Notes: generated by a model from the letters alone, not told the origin. A stretch of DNA of 64,000 nucleotides from Planctomycetota bacterium (GCA_044222185.1 JBGANV010000004.1:96001-160000), one strand, 5' to 3'. Counted from the first letter of the stretch, positions 50,485-60,355 are shown. Program-made: numbers and translations.

Positions 50485-51594
50485 ATGAGTGACGAGCGAT
50501 CGGTGAGCATGGCTTCACTGCGCGCTGCGGCGGTGCAACCTCGCGCTCCGCGGCGGGCCACCGCACTCGCTCGCCTCGCCGTGTTCGTCGCGGCGACAGC
50601 GACGTTCGGTCTGTGGAGCTCGGTTCTCATCCACGAAGCCGTCGGTCACGGCCTGACGGCCTGGGCCGTCGGAGGCACGTTCGATGGATTCTCGGCGGGG
50701 TGGGGAGGCGACGGGGTCGCCTTCGCGTTCGCTCCGCCGGGAGCACCACCTTGGAAGGACCTCGCCGTTCGCGCCGGCGGTGTCGTCGTGGTGCTGCTCG
50801 GCGGAATCGCGTGTTTCATTGGCGCCCGCCGTGCGCGCCCGGGGTCGGTGCGCGGGCTCGCGCTCGTGATCACGGGCGCCGTCTGGTCGATGTCGACGAT
50901 CGAATCGGTGTTTTGGTGTGCTTGGACGAACGATCTGCCGAGCGACACCATGCAGGTCCTCTCGATCGTCGCCGGGGACGACCCGGCTGTCGTGGAGTCG
51001 GCACGAATCGCGGTTTCCGTCGTCGCCGGGGCGATCGGCGTGGTCGTCCAGTGGGCGTGCTTGAGATCCTTCATCCGACGCGTCGAGGCGTCGTTTGGGG
51101 GCGATCCCGGCCTCTCGGCGCCGCGCGCAGCCGTCGTCCTCCTCACGATGTACGGGCTCCCCGCGGTCGCCGGGGCGTACGTCGCGGACTTCGTCCACGG
51201 CGGTGGCGTCGGCATCAGTGCAGCGGGCCACGCGGCCGCACTGATTTCAGTAGGCATCGGTCTCATGACCTGGTGGCGGCGCGCGGTCCCGCATCCGGTC
51301 CCCGTGAACCTGCGATGGCGCGACGTGATCTTTGCAGCCGTCGCCGTCGTCGCGGTTGCGATCGCGATCCATGCGTGGTTTCGCGACGGCGTGCGTTGGT
51401 CACGGTCGTCTGCCGCCGCGTCAGCAACTGAGGCTTCCGCTCCGTCGTTCGATGAGCTGCTGGCGGAAGCGCGCGAGGTCAAGAAGTCGGGCGTTCCCGG
51501 CCTCGCAGCGCGCCTCCGCCGTCTCGGCGATTCACCGACCGATGACGCACGGTTCCTTTGCCTCCTCAGCGTGCTCGGGCCGGACGACGCGTAG
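50485..51594 (+). CDS. Membrane protein with HExxH motif (M50-like peptidase)
   Basis: LIHEAVGHGLTA, VRAGG, multiple TM segments. Confidence 0.7.
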   Translation: MSDERSVSMASLRAAAVQPRAPRRATALARLAVFVAATATFGLWSSVLIHEAVGHGLTAWAVGGTFDGFSAGWGGDGVAFAFAPPGAPPWKDLAVRAGGVVVVLLGGIACFIGARRARPGSVRGLALVITGAVWSMSTIESVFWCAWTNDLPSDTMQVLSIVAGDDPAVVESARIAVSVVAGAIGVVVQWACLRSFIRRVEASFGGDPGLSAPRAAVVLLTMYGLPAVAGAYVADFVHGGGVGISAAGHAAALISVGIGLMTWWRRAVPHPVPVNLRWRDVIFAAVAVVAVAIAIHAWFRDGVRWSRSSAAASATEASAPSFDELLAEAREVKKSGVPGLAARLRRLGDSPTDDARFLCLLSVLGPDDA

Positions 51595-51832
51595 CTTGCG
51601 CCGACCTTCGTCGAACGCCTCTCCTCGCCGCGCGCGACCGTCCGACGCTACGCTGCACTCGCGTTGGGAATGATCGGACCTGATGTGGCCGACGTGGCTT
51701 CGGCGCCCTTGCGAACGACCGCCGACTCGGATCCAGACGGCGAGGTGCGGACGGTGGCTCTCGTCGCGTGGCGCCGGGTCGCGAAGCCTCCGGCAGGAAC
51801 CGATACCGCGGCGACGGAATCGAGGTGACCAC

Positions 51833-52507
51833 ATGACCGACACGAAGCTCGGCACCACGGAAGCGCCGGCCGATACGGCGCCAGGAGGCGCGGGCGTCCC
51901 ATCGCGAGGACGGACGAGGCGCTGGGCCTGGCTGTTCGCGGGTGTTGCGATCGGAGCGATCGCCATGTGGACGTACTGTGTCTTCGTTCGACCTTGCTCC
52001 ACGACTGCGTGGAGCGTCGACGACTGCGTCGCGCGGATCGAACGGAGCGGGGCGAACGCAGATTCCGGCCGCGATGCAGAACGCCGCGGCAGCGACGCGC
52101 TCGACGCCGCGATCGGGTCGCATGCCTGTCGCGCGTGCCTCGCGGAGATCTACCGCCGTCGTGATTCCCGGGTGCGCTCGCTCGACCGGGAGGATGCGGC
52201 TGCGACGCGCGGCAGCGGGGCAGGACGAACCGCCGGCTCCCATAGTGCGCTCTGGGGCGCATGTGACGCGATCCTCGAGCGTGTGTGTTGTCTTCGTTCG
52301 AGCGAGCGCATCCACTTCGCGATCTCGTTGATCACGGACCCGAGCGTGGGCGTCGACGGTTGGGTCGCCGAGTTGCTGCTCGAGTGGCTCGAAGCCGCGC
52401 CGGACGAGGCTATCGCCGCCCTCCGCGCCCGCGCGGCGGAGTTTCCGAGTGAAAGCCGCCCAAGGCGAATCGAGACGTTCCTGACGGCACTCTCAGCGCG
52501 TCGGTGA
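51833..52507 (+). CDS. Hypothetical membrane-anchored helical protein
   Basis: GAGGTG RBS, one TM (WAWLFAGVAIGAIAMW), Cys-containing helical body. Confidence 0.55.
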   Translation: MTDTKLGTTEAPADTAPGGAGVPSRGRTRRWAWLFAGVAIGAIAMWTYCVFVRPCSTTAWSVDDCVARIERSGANADSGRDAERRGSDALDAAIGSHACRACLAEIYRRRDSRVRSLDREDAAATRGSGAGRTAGSHSALWGACDAILERVCCLRSSERIHFAISLITDPSVGVDGWVAELLLEWLEAAPDEAIAALRARAAEFPSESRPRRIETFLTALSARR

Positions 52508-52575
52508 CGAATGGCGGAAGGTTCCGCGACGCCGAGAATCTGCTCGCCAAATCGGCACTGCGGTATCCTCAGCGC

Positions 52576-52878
52576 ATGCCACTGCTGTCTCCCACACCTC
52601 CGGAGCATCTGGTCGATTGCCAGGGTCGTCCCTACTTCCTCTGGGATCAGGACATGACTCTCGACCAGTTCAAAGCCGCGATCCGGGCCGGTGATCGCGT
52701 CATCCGGGCATGGTTGGTCGGGAAGATGATGCGCGAGGCGAAGCCTGACGACGTGTACACGTTCGTCACCTTGCGTGAGATTGCCGACCTCTGGCCAGAC
52801 CTCCAGCCTCACCTCGGCCGGTCGAAGCCGTTCTGGACCTGGATCCTCGGCGAGTGGGGAGTGATTCCTCGTGGATAA
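52576..52878 (+). CDS. Small putative antitoxin partner of an AbiEii-type nucleotidyltransferase
   Basis: PYFLWD...WLVGKMMREA...FWTWIL; 3' end overlaps the toxin GTG start. Confidence 0.7.
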   Translation: MPLLSPTPPEHLVDCQGRPYFLWDQDMTLDQFKAAIRAGDRVIRAWLVGKMMREAKPDDVYTFVTLREIADLWPDLQPHLGRSKPFWTWILGEWGVIPRG

Positions 52879-53536
52879 TGGACGTCTTTCAACGCTCCAA
52901 GTTCGCGTGCTGGAAATCCTCGCCGGCGTCACACCCCGGTGGACGTTGTCGGGTGGCGCCGCGCTCGCGGGCTTCCATTTGCGACATCGCGCCACGCGCG
53001 ACCTATAACTGTTCTGGCACGGCGCCCGGGAGATCGAGACCGTTCGAGCGGCGGTTGAGCTCAGACTGGCGGATGCCGGCCTTTCGGTTCGCGTCGTGCG
53101 TGCTTCACGAGGCTTCTGTCGCCTCGCTGTCGGCGACGGATCCGACGGCGTCGTGCTGGACCTCGTGGCCGAGCCGGTGCCGTTCGTCGATGCACCACAG
53201 GAACTCACGATCGGGTCGGTGAACATTCAAGTCGATTCGCCTCACGAGGTGCTCGTGAACAAGCTCTGCACCCTGCTCTCCCGGCAGGAGATCAGGGACT
53301 TGCAGGACGTGCGTCACCTCGTCGATGCCGGCGGAGACCTGTGGCGTGCCGTGGCCCAAGCGGATCGCAAGGACTCCGGGTTCTCGCCGCAGATGCTCGC
53401 CTGGCTCTTGCGCGGTTTTCCAGTGAGGGCGCTCGCGGGAGCTGAGTCGATCCCCGACGACGAGGTCGGCGAACTCGAGGCCTTTCGCGACCAGTTCGTG
53501 TCGGAGCTGCTCCGCCGCGGCAACCCTGGCGGCTGA
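52871..53536 (+). pseudogene. AbiEii/AbiGii-family nucleotidyltransferase toxin with premature TAA
   Basis: LSGGAALAGFHLRHRATRDL*LF with TAA at 53006-53008 (codon 46), in frame with ORF 53096..53536 (NKLCTLLSRQEIRDLQD). Confidence 0.85.
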
Positions 53537-53681
53537 TGGCGCGCAGCTCCGTTGCGTGCTCTCCGCGGCGCCGGCCCGGCCGGACACGAGGTCGGCGAAT
53601 CAGCGCGGGCGTGCGCAACTTCAAACCAGCTTCGCAGGGAGATCACCCGAGGTGCGTCGCATCCGATAGGATTCGAGCGCG

Positions 53682-54365
53682 ATGGACTTGCCCGCGTCTT
53701 CACCCTCCACGGGAGAGAACCCATTGCGGAGCGGTTCGCCGCACGCGTGGGATCGGCTGATCGAGGCCGTCGGTCCACCAGGAATCATGGTGGTCATCCA
53801 GTCGCGGATGGGGAGCGACTTGCGCGCGCGGGTCGAGCCCCAGGACGTCTGGCAGGAGGCCCTCCTTCACGCGTGGCGCGACCGCGAAGCGTTCGAATGG
53901 CGTGGGATCGCAAGCTTTCGACGGTGGCTCATCAAGCTCGCCGAAAACCGGATCCGTGATCTCAGCGACGGCTTCGGCGCTGCGAAGCGGGGGAGCGGCG
54001 TCACGGTGGCCGCGTTCGACCGTGATGGCGACCTCGTCGACGGAACCTACGCCGGGCCGGTTGCATCGACGACGCCGAGTCGGGCGGCAATGGATCGAGA
54101 ACGGGCAGAGATCATGAACTCTGCCCTGGGAGCCTTGCCCGAAGAGCTGAGAGACGTCGTCCGGCTGCGATTGTTCGAGGAGCTCACGATGGAGGAGGTT
54201 GCGAGCGCACTCGGGATCACCTTTGCCGCTGTCCGGCATCGGTTTCGCAAGGGTGTCGAGCTCTACCATCGCCGATTGAAGGCGCAGCTGTCGGTTCCGC
54301 CATTTCCTGATCCACCGCAGCAAACGAAGCCGCGGAATCCTCTCGAACGAGGGGACGCCCAGTGA
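53682..54365 (+). CDS. ECF sigma factor of the kinase-associated Planctomycete type
   Basis: LRARVEPQDVWQE, FRRWLIKLAENRIRD, STTPSRAA, LPEELRDVVRLRLFEELTMEEVA. Confidence 0.9.
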   Translation: MDLPASSPSTGENPLRSGSPHAWDRLIEAVGPPGIMVVIQSRMGSDLRARVEPQDVWQEALLHAWRDREAFEWRGIASFRRWLIKLAENRIRDLSDGFGAAKRGSGVTVAAFDRDGDLVDGTYAGPVASTTPSRAAMDRERAEIMNSALGALPEELRDVVRLRLFEELTMEEVASALGITFAAVRHRFRKGVELYHRRLKAQLSVPPFPDPPQQTKPRNPLERGDAQ

Positions 54366-54372
54366 GCGGACC

Positions 54373-57300
54373 GTGACCGCGTCAGCCGGAACCAAGCGTG
54401 AGATCGGACGAACACACGTGACGGAGGCGGCTCTGTTCCAAGACGACGAGGCGTTCCTCGACGGCATCCTCGACGAGGCGTTGGAGCGCCTCGCAGCGGG
54501 GTCCGACGTCTCCGTCGATGACCTGATCGCCGGCCGATTCCACCTCCGCGGCCACGTTGCCCAAGTGCTCGCGATGGCGCAGGCCGTTGCCGTGCGCCAC
54601 GCACCGACGACGGCGACCGTCACCGGGTACGACGTCATCCGAGTCGTTGGCGAGGGCGCCATGGGCATCGTCTACGAGGCGCGGCATCTCGCCCTCGATC
54701 GACACGTTGCCCTCAAGGTCCTACCTCCCGCCGCAGCTCGATCGCGGTCGGCGCGGGAGCGTTTTCTTGCCGAGGCACGAGCCCTCGCGAGCCTGCGCCA
54801 CCCGAGCGTCGTGCAGATCTACGACGTGATCGATGAGGGGGCCGTGTGCGCTTACGCCATGGAGCTGGTCGATGGCTGGTCGCTCGCCGAGATTCTCAGA
54901 GCGGCCGAGGACTCCGTCCCGCTCGAAGACGTCTGGCGAGGTCTCGCCGCGGAGCCGCCACCGGGGCGGGGCGGTGACTCGATCATCACGTTCGTTTGCC
55001 GCGTCGGTGTCGCCGTGGCACGCGCGCTCGGCGAGGTTCATCGTGCGGGGCTCCTTCATCGCGACGTCAAGCCGTCGAACGTCTTGATCCGGCGCGACGG
55101 AACGGCGCTTCTCTCGGATTTCGGTCTGGTGCGCGACGTCGACGCGGCGTCGCGTACCGAGAGCGGGCAGTTCCTCGGAACGATCGCCTACGCCGCGCCC
55201 GAGCAGCTTCGCGGCAATGCGGCGGAGATCGGCCCTGCGACGGACGTGTACGCGCTCGGCGTCACCCTCTACCACGCGCTGACGCAGCGATTGCCGTTCC
55301 GCAGTGATTCTCCCATGAGCCAGCTCCGGGCGATCGAGTCTGGCGCGTTGACTCCAGCTCGCCGCGTCAACCCGAGGTTGCCGCGCGACCTCGAGACGGT
55401 CGTTGCGAAGGCGATGGAGCCCGACCCAGCGGCGCGCTACCGGTCGGGCGACGATCTCGCCGACGAGCTCGAGCGCGTCCTGCAGCTTCAACCCATTCGC
55501 GCTCGCCCTCCGGGGCTTGCTGCGCGGGCCCTGAAATTCTCCCGCCGGAACCGGCTGGTGCTCCTCGCCGCGGCCCTCGGGGGCATCGTCGTGATGGTCG
55601 TGGCGATGGCCTTGTGGTTGCGCGCCGAGGAGTTGCGCGCACGGCCTGCTCGGCTCGGCCAGCAGTTGGCGCTCGCCCGCACGGCGCTGCTCGACCCCAG
55701 GTTCGGGGAGCGCACGTTCGTCGCGGAACACGGTGGCGCTGACCCCGGCACGCTTCTCCTTCCCGTCGCGGCGGCCGATGAGGCGCTCCGCCACTACGAG
55801 GCCGCACTCGAGCTCGATCCGACGCAAATCGATGTGCGCCGCGAGCGGGACGTCGTCGCGTTCGCGCGTGCGAGGTTGGGGGCGGCGACTCCTCTGGCCG
55901 AGCGTGAGATCTCCGATGCCACGGGCGGCGATCGCCGGGCCGCCGGACTCCTCGCGTTTCTCGTCGGACGTGCCGATACGTGCACGCGCTTCTGGGACGG
56001 CTTGGACCTTGCTCCGAGTCCTGGCGACCCGCTCGTCGACCTCGCGCTGGGCGAGCTCTACCTGATCCGCGATCGTGGGCCGGCGGCCTATCTCCGGCTC
56101 TTCCGAGCCCATGAGGCGTTTCCCAAGGCGGGTTTCATCGCCGTGGATCTGGCCGACGCCGCACGGATGAGCGGGGACCTCTCGACGGCAGAGCGCCTGC
56201 TGGGCCGAGCGCGTCAGCTGATGCTTCAGGATCCCTACGACACGATCGTTCGCGTCGAGGCCGACTTGCGCGCGGCGCAGGGACGTCGTGCAGAGGCCCG
56301 GGAGCGATACGAGTCCATGGCCAAGAACCACCGGGCACCGACTTCGCGCTATCGGTACGCCCAGTTCCTCGAGCAGCAAGCGAACCCCGTCGACACCGAG
56401 CGTGCCATCGAGATCTACCGCCGGTTGGTCGAAGCTCATCCCGCCATCGCGACGTATCGCGCGGCACTCCGGCGTTCGGCAACGACGTGGTGGAATGGAC
56501 TGAGCTTCGACGGACGAAGCGACGTGGTCGCCCGTGGCTTGCTCGGGAGGTGCGAGGTGAGTCTCCCGGCCCTCGTGGCCAGCCTCTCGGCGGTCGACGA
56601 CGTCCACGCCAACGATTCTGCAGCAGTCCCGGTCGGCGAATCCTCTCTCGACTCCAGACACGTCGTTCCCATGGACATTTCATTCACGCTGGAGGTCTCG
56701 AGCATGACTCGTTCACACCTGGCAGGGCTCACGAAGCCCATGGCGCATGCGCTCGGCCGACTCGCCCTCTTGGCCGACTCCGTGCCAGCTGCGCCCATCA
56801 TCGAGCGCCTGATTCCTTTGGGGCGGCGGGGGCTGGCGTTTTGTGTCGTGTGCCTCGTCTCCGGGTTGATGGCGCCGCGCGCCATGCCACAGAACCAGGC
56901 GTGGTGCTACGAGTTCGAGGCCTGCCAGGGCGCGTCACTGCCGAATGCGCTCGATCCCACAAACATCGGACTGCTCAACAACACGGGTAGCTCGGCAGGC
57001 TCGCTCTACTCCGTTTCGAATGGGGCGCTGCATCAGACGACCATCGGTGCCAGCGCCGGCTGGGCCGAGTTCTATGGTGGGGACATCAGCTATTGGGTGC
57101 CCGCGATCAACCCACCCGCGACGTCCGTGAGTCTGAACTTTGCACAAGACTTCATCATGGAGGCGCGGATACGGGTTGCGACCCCGCCGGCCCCACCAAG
57201 CGGGACGCCGTACGGCGGTGTCTTCATGGAGTTCCTGGATGGTCAACGCCAGTACGCGCTGGGGATCGGGGCGTCCGGAATCACGGTGACGACGAGTGCC

Positions 57301-57957
57301 TACACGCTCTTCTCGCAGACGGTGCTCGGGAGCGGATGGAATCCGGCGACGTTCCATACCTACCGCTTGAGCAAGGTCGGTGGCCAAAGTGTCTACTCAG
57401 TGGCTATCGACGGAGTCGTCGTGCAGTCGTCCATCCCGGGCGCCGTGGTCGCGGCCAATCGATACTTCGGTTGGGGGAAGGGCGCACAGAGCACCAACCA
57501 GAACGCGCAGGCGGATTGGGATTTCGTCCGAGTCTTCAACGGACCCGGCATCATCGCGCTTTCGGCGCCTCCGTCCGTGGTCGTCAGTGGCCCCGGTTGC
57601 GGCGGCATCGGCTCTTGGCCCATGCTTGGTGCCAGCGCTCCCGTGCTCGGTGCTCCGATCGAGTTCGCGCAGAGCGGGGCGCCTCCGGGATCCGTGAGTT
57701 CCCTCGTAGCGAGCTTGACGCCAGCCGGCCCACTCAGCTTGCCCGGAGGCTGCGCCGTCTACGTCGACGTTGCGACGATGACCTCCCTCGGCAGCCCGTC
57801 GTCGAACGCCGCCGGAGCCTGGTCGATGTGCACGAGCCTCCCGTTTCTTCCCGGTCTCGCCGGGGGCGCTGTCGTCGTTCAGGCCGTGACGATCGACCCG
57901 TCGACGCCCGTGGGCTTTCAGTTGTCCAACGGCCTCAGCGTGACCCTCGGGTTCTGA
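54373..57957 (+). CDS. Hanks-type Ser/Thr kinase + TM + TPR-like region + fused exported beta domain + recurring C-terminal domain
   Basis: GEGAMGIVY, VALK, HRDVKPSN, DFG, GTIAYAAPE, TDVYALG; tail SGPGCGG...VQAVTIDP...LSNGLSVTLGF. Confidence 0.92.
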   Translation: MTASAGTKREIGRTHVTEAALFQDDEAFLDGILDEALERLAAGSDVSVDDLIAGRFHLRGHVAQVLAMAQAVAVRHAPTTATVTGYDVIRVVGEGAMGIVYEARHLALDRHVALKVLPPAAARSRSARERFLAEARALASLRHPSVVQIYDVIDEGAVCAYAMELVDGWSLAEILRAAEDSVPLEDVWRGLAAEPPPGRGGDSIITFVCRVGVAVARALGEVHRAGLLHRDVKPSNVLIRRDGTALLSDFGLVRDVDAASRTESGQFLGTIAYAAPEQLRGNAAEIGPATDVYALGVTLYHALTQRLPFRSDSPMSQLRAIESGALTPARRVNPRLPRDLETVVAKAMEPDPAARYRSGDDLADELERVLQLQPIRARPPGLAARALKFSRRNRLVLLAAALGGIVVMVVAMALWLRAEELRARPARLGQQLALARTALLDPRFGERTFVAEHGGADPGTLLLPVAAADEALRHYEAALELDPTQIDVRRERDVVAFARARLGAATPLAEREISDATGGDRRAAGLLAFLVGRADTCTRFWDGLDLAPSPGDPLVDLALGELYLIRDRGPAAYLRLFRAHEAFPKAGFIAVDLADAARMSGDLSTAERLLGRARQLMLQDPYDTIVRVEADLRAAQGRRAEARERYESMAKNHRAPTSRYRYAQFLEQQANPVDTERAIEIYRRLVEAHPAIATYRAALRRSATTWWNGLSFDGRSDVVARGLLGRCEVSLPALVASLSAVDDVHANDSAAVPVGESSLDSRHVVPMDISFTLEVSSMTRSHLAGLTKPMAHALGRLALLADSVPAAPIIERLIPLGRRGLAFCVVCLVSGLMAPRAMPQNQAWCYEFEACQGASLPNALDPTNIGLLNNTGSSAGSLYSVSNGALHQTTIGASAGWAEFYGGDISYWVPAINPPATSVSLNFAQDFIMEARIRVATPPAPPSGTPYGGVFMEFLDGQRQYALGIGASGITVTTSAYTLFSQTVLGSGWNPATFHTYRLSKVGGQSVYSVAIDGVVVQSSIPGAVVAANRYFGWGKGAQSTNQNAQADWDFVRVFNGPGIIALSAPPSVVVSGPGCGGIGSWPMLGASAPVLGAPIEFAQSGAPPGSVSSLVASLTPAGPLSLPGGCAVYVDVATMTSLGSPSSNAAGAWSMCTSLPFLPGLAGGAVVVQAVTIDPSTPVGFQLSNGLSVTLGF

Positions 57958-58824
57958 ATTCGTCGCGTCCCGCGCCGCGGCCTGGATTGCCACAGGCACG
58001 AGGGTCGACTCGGTCTGCGATCTCGTCAACACATCGAGTCCGTACCCTGCGTCGATCCCGATTCTGGCGGCCCATCCGTCTCGCAACGAACCCGATCGGG
58101 TTCGATGAGGCTTCGCGCGGGCGCCCGCGGCGCGTGACGCGCGCACCGCATGGCCCGAACTCGTGAGGCACTTCGGAGCGGCTCCTGACGACGCCGGATT
58201 GGCGGCCCCGTCGGGGAATCCACGCTCCGGTCACTGGAGGACGATCCTGACATCGGGGCCGAGGCCCAGCGGATCATGCGGCGGCGCCGCCAGCGTGCCG
58301 ACAAGCGGGCGCACTGACCCTCGTACGCCGCGGCGTACGGGATGTGTCGTGGGGCTCCGCGGCCGACGTTTCGGCAACCAGTCCTCGAGATCGCGACCGC
58401 GCGTCCGGCTGCGTCATGCCGTCCACGATCCGTCGACGGCGGGCCTGTGGCCGTCCGTGCGCGTCGACGGGCGTCGATCCCGGTGTAGATTGCTCGAGAT
58501 GGCCAAGCCTGCGGGGTTTCTCGAGTCGTTCGTGATCGTCGTCGTGCATGGGCTTTCCGTTCACGCCCAGGAGTCGCGTGGCGTGCCGCCGGGCGAAGGC
58601 CCTGCGCAGTCGCGACCCCGAGTCGACGTGCTCGAGGTCGACGTCCGATTTGCGCGGGCAGAGTCACGGCACTCGGCCGTGCAATCCGCAGAGGCGCCGC
58701 GCACATCCTTCCGGGTCGCGACGACGCCGCGCGTCGCGCGGCCGGTCGAGCACGCCGGGGGCAGACGTCCCGCGGAGCCGAACGCGATCGTGATGCGATC
58801 GTTCGGCAGATTTGGGGGTGGTCG

Positions 58825-59376
58825 ATGGCGCTGACGTTTGCTGGCTACTTTCCGAAGCGAATCGCGCTTCGAGAGGATTGGCTCAAGGCCCCTGGCGTTC
58901 GGGAGATCTGGTCGGTCAGCGACTGCATCTCCAAGGGTCCATCCGACTGGATCGACAAGCGGCGCCACAACGACGTCGGCTTCTTCGACACGTACGAGCT
59001 CGCCGTCTCCGTGCTGCCTTCTGAAGATGCCGCGCTCTTCGCCGTAGTCGGCTATCGCATCTGGGATCGCATGTTCGATGAGGGACGCGATATTGAGCTG
59101 CCGGTCACTGTTCCGCTCGTGCCCGAGCCCGGCGGCGAGTTCGTCAGCATGGGGTTCGATGCCGTCGCGCGCTCGGACGATTTCTTCGAATGCTCGCCCC
59201 TGTCCTGCAACGGTGGTGCGTCTACGTTCGCCACGAACGACGCGTGCCTGTTTCGCACCCTCGATGAGGCACTTGCCGGCGCGAAGGCGTTCTCCACTGG
59301 CAACTGGGAACCCGGACCGTACTGGGTCCTGGAAGTCCTTTCGAAGCGGCGGGGCACTGCCGAACCACGGGTGTAG
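58825..59376 (+). CDS. Hypothetical protein with a CSPLSCN motif
   Basis: Protein-like composition; SVSDCIS, FECSPLSCN, EPGPYWVLEV. Confidence 0.75.
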   Translation: MALTFAGYFPKRIALREDWLKAPGVREIWSVSDCISKGPSDWIDKRRHNDVGFFDTYELAVSVLPSEDAALFAVVGYRIWDRMFDEGRDIELPVTVPLVPEPGGEFVSMGFDAVARSDDFFECSPLSCNGGASTFATNDACLFRTLDEALAGAKAFSTGNWEPGPYWVLEVLSKRRGTAEPRV

Positions 59377-60355
59377 CGGGCCAGGCTGCGCCTGGCCGCT
59401 GAACGCGATACCGTTCGACGAGGTCGGGCGCGACGGCGCGTGGCCCGACGGACGTCGCAGCGAGGGCGTAGTCGGCGATGGGGTCGATTGCTGGTTCGTC
59501 ATCGACCGCGGATGGAGACGCGCGGCACCAGACGAAGTTGACTCCGGCTGTGAAGGTCGCGACCACGACGAGGCCCTCGACGAAGTGATGGCGGCGGATG
59601 ATCAGGGGCGTGAGGAGCGGCGATGGCCCGCGGACGACGACGCCGACCGCGACTATCACGGCTGCGAGGGCGACGCTGATGGTCGCCGGGCCCATGTGAT
59701 GGAGCGGGTCATACCCTCGAACGCGATACCACGCGCTGAAGACCACGGGAGCGACATACAACGCGGCGAGAGCAGCCAGATGACGCACCCGTGACGCGTC
59801 GCCGTTGTCGCCCAGCGCCGGCCCAATTCGCGAAAGCAGCTGGCGGACACAGTGCCGGTGTGTCGCGATCCCGGCTGCGCCTGCGATGGCGACCACGATC
59901 CACCGCGGCCACGCGACCGTTCGATCGTCGAAGACGTCGCCGAGCGTGTGCATGACGGTCACGGCATCAATTCGCGCATCATCGCTCCAGGCGCTGAAGT
60001 ACACGTAGAGAATGGACTCGTGCAGCGCAACGGCACCGAGGACGAGCGCGACGAACGCTGCGACCGAGTTGGCCCGCCGCCGACGCGACCAGCGAAGCAG
60101 CCCGATGCCGACGAGAACGTCGATTCCCACCCCGGCGCCGTAGACCATGCGGTCAGCAAGCGGCGGGCTCTCGGGCGAGGTTACGAATGCCGTGCCGGTG
60201 CCCGTCCACGACATCTCGAATCCTTCGAACGAGCCACCCACGACGATCGCCATCAGGCCGTGTCCGATGACCTCGTGCAGAATCGTGCCCAGCACGACAC
60301 CGAAGTAAGCGACGAGAGCTCCAAAGAACCAGGTGCGTAGAAGCGATTTCACCAT
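59222..60355 (-). CDS. Membrane protein with HExxH motif (M50-like), paralog of 50485..51594; 3' end uncertain
   Basis: ILHEVIGHGLMA, multiple TMs; the tail overlaps the convergent gene by 155 nt and looks non-coding. Confidence 0.65.
   Translation of the reverse strand: MVKSLLRTWFFGALVAYFGVVLGTILHEVIGHGLMAIVVGGSFEGFEMSWTGTGTAFVTSPESPPLADRMVYGAGVGIDVLVGIGLLRWSRRRRANSVAAFVALVLGAVALHESILYVYFSAWSDDARIDAVTVMHTLGDVFDDRTVAWPRWIVVAIAGAAGIATHRHCVRQLLSRIGPALGDNGDASRVRHLAALAALYVAPVVFSAWYRVRGYDPLHHMGPATISVALAAVIVAVGVVVRGPSPLLTPLIIRRHHFVEGLVVVATFTAGVNFVWCRASPSAVDDEPAIDPIADYALAATSVGPRAVAPDLVERYRVQRPGAAWPATPVVRQCPAASKGLPGPSTVRVPSCQWRTPSRRQVPHRGCETGTRRSWRT

Noticed and set aside
53006-53008. Recoding (Sec/Pyl) of the stop in the AbiEii-like gene
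   Set aside because: The codon is TAA and the expected residue is Asp, so it is best read as a nonsense mutation or error.
53661-58105. Similar short palindromes (ATCCGATAGGATTCGA at about 53661; ACCCGATCGGGTTCGA at about 58090) flanking the ECF-kinase pair
   Set aside because: 16 bp with 3 mismatches and only two instances; cannot be distinguished from chance.
57960-58820. Possible genes or RNAs in long intergenic gaps (also 16310..16700, 28740..29440, 31790..32400)
   Set aside because: The ORFs there are low-complexity Arg/Pro/Ala-rich without RBS or motifs, and I saw no tRNA or riboswitch signature; a covariance-model search could still find something.
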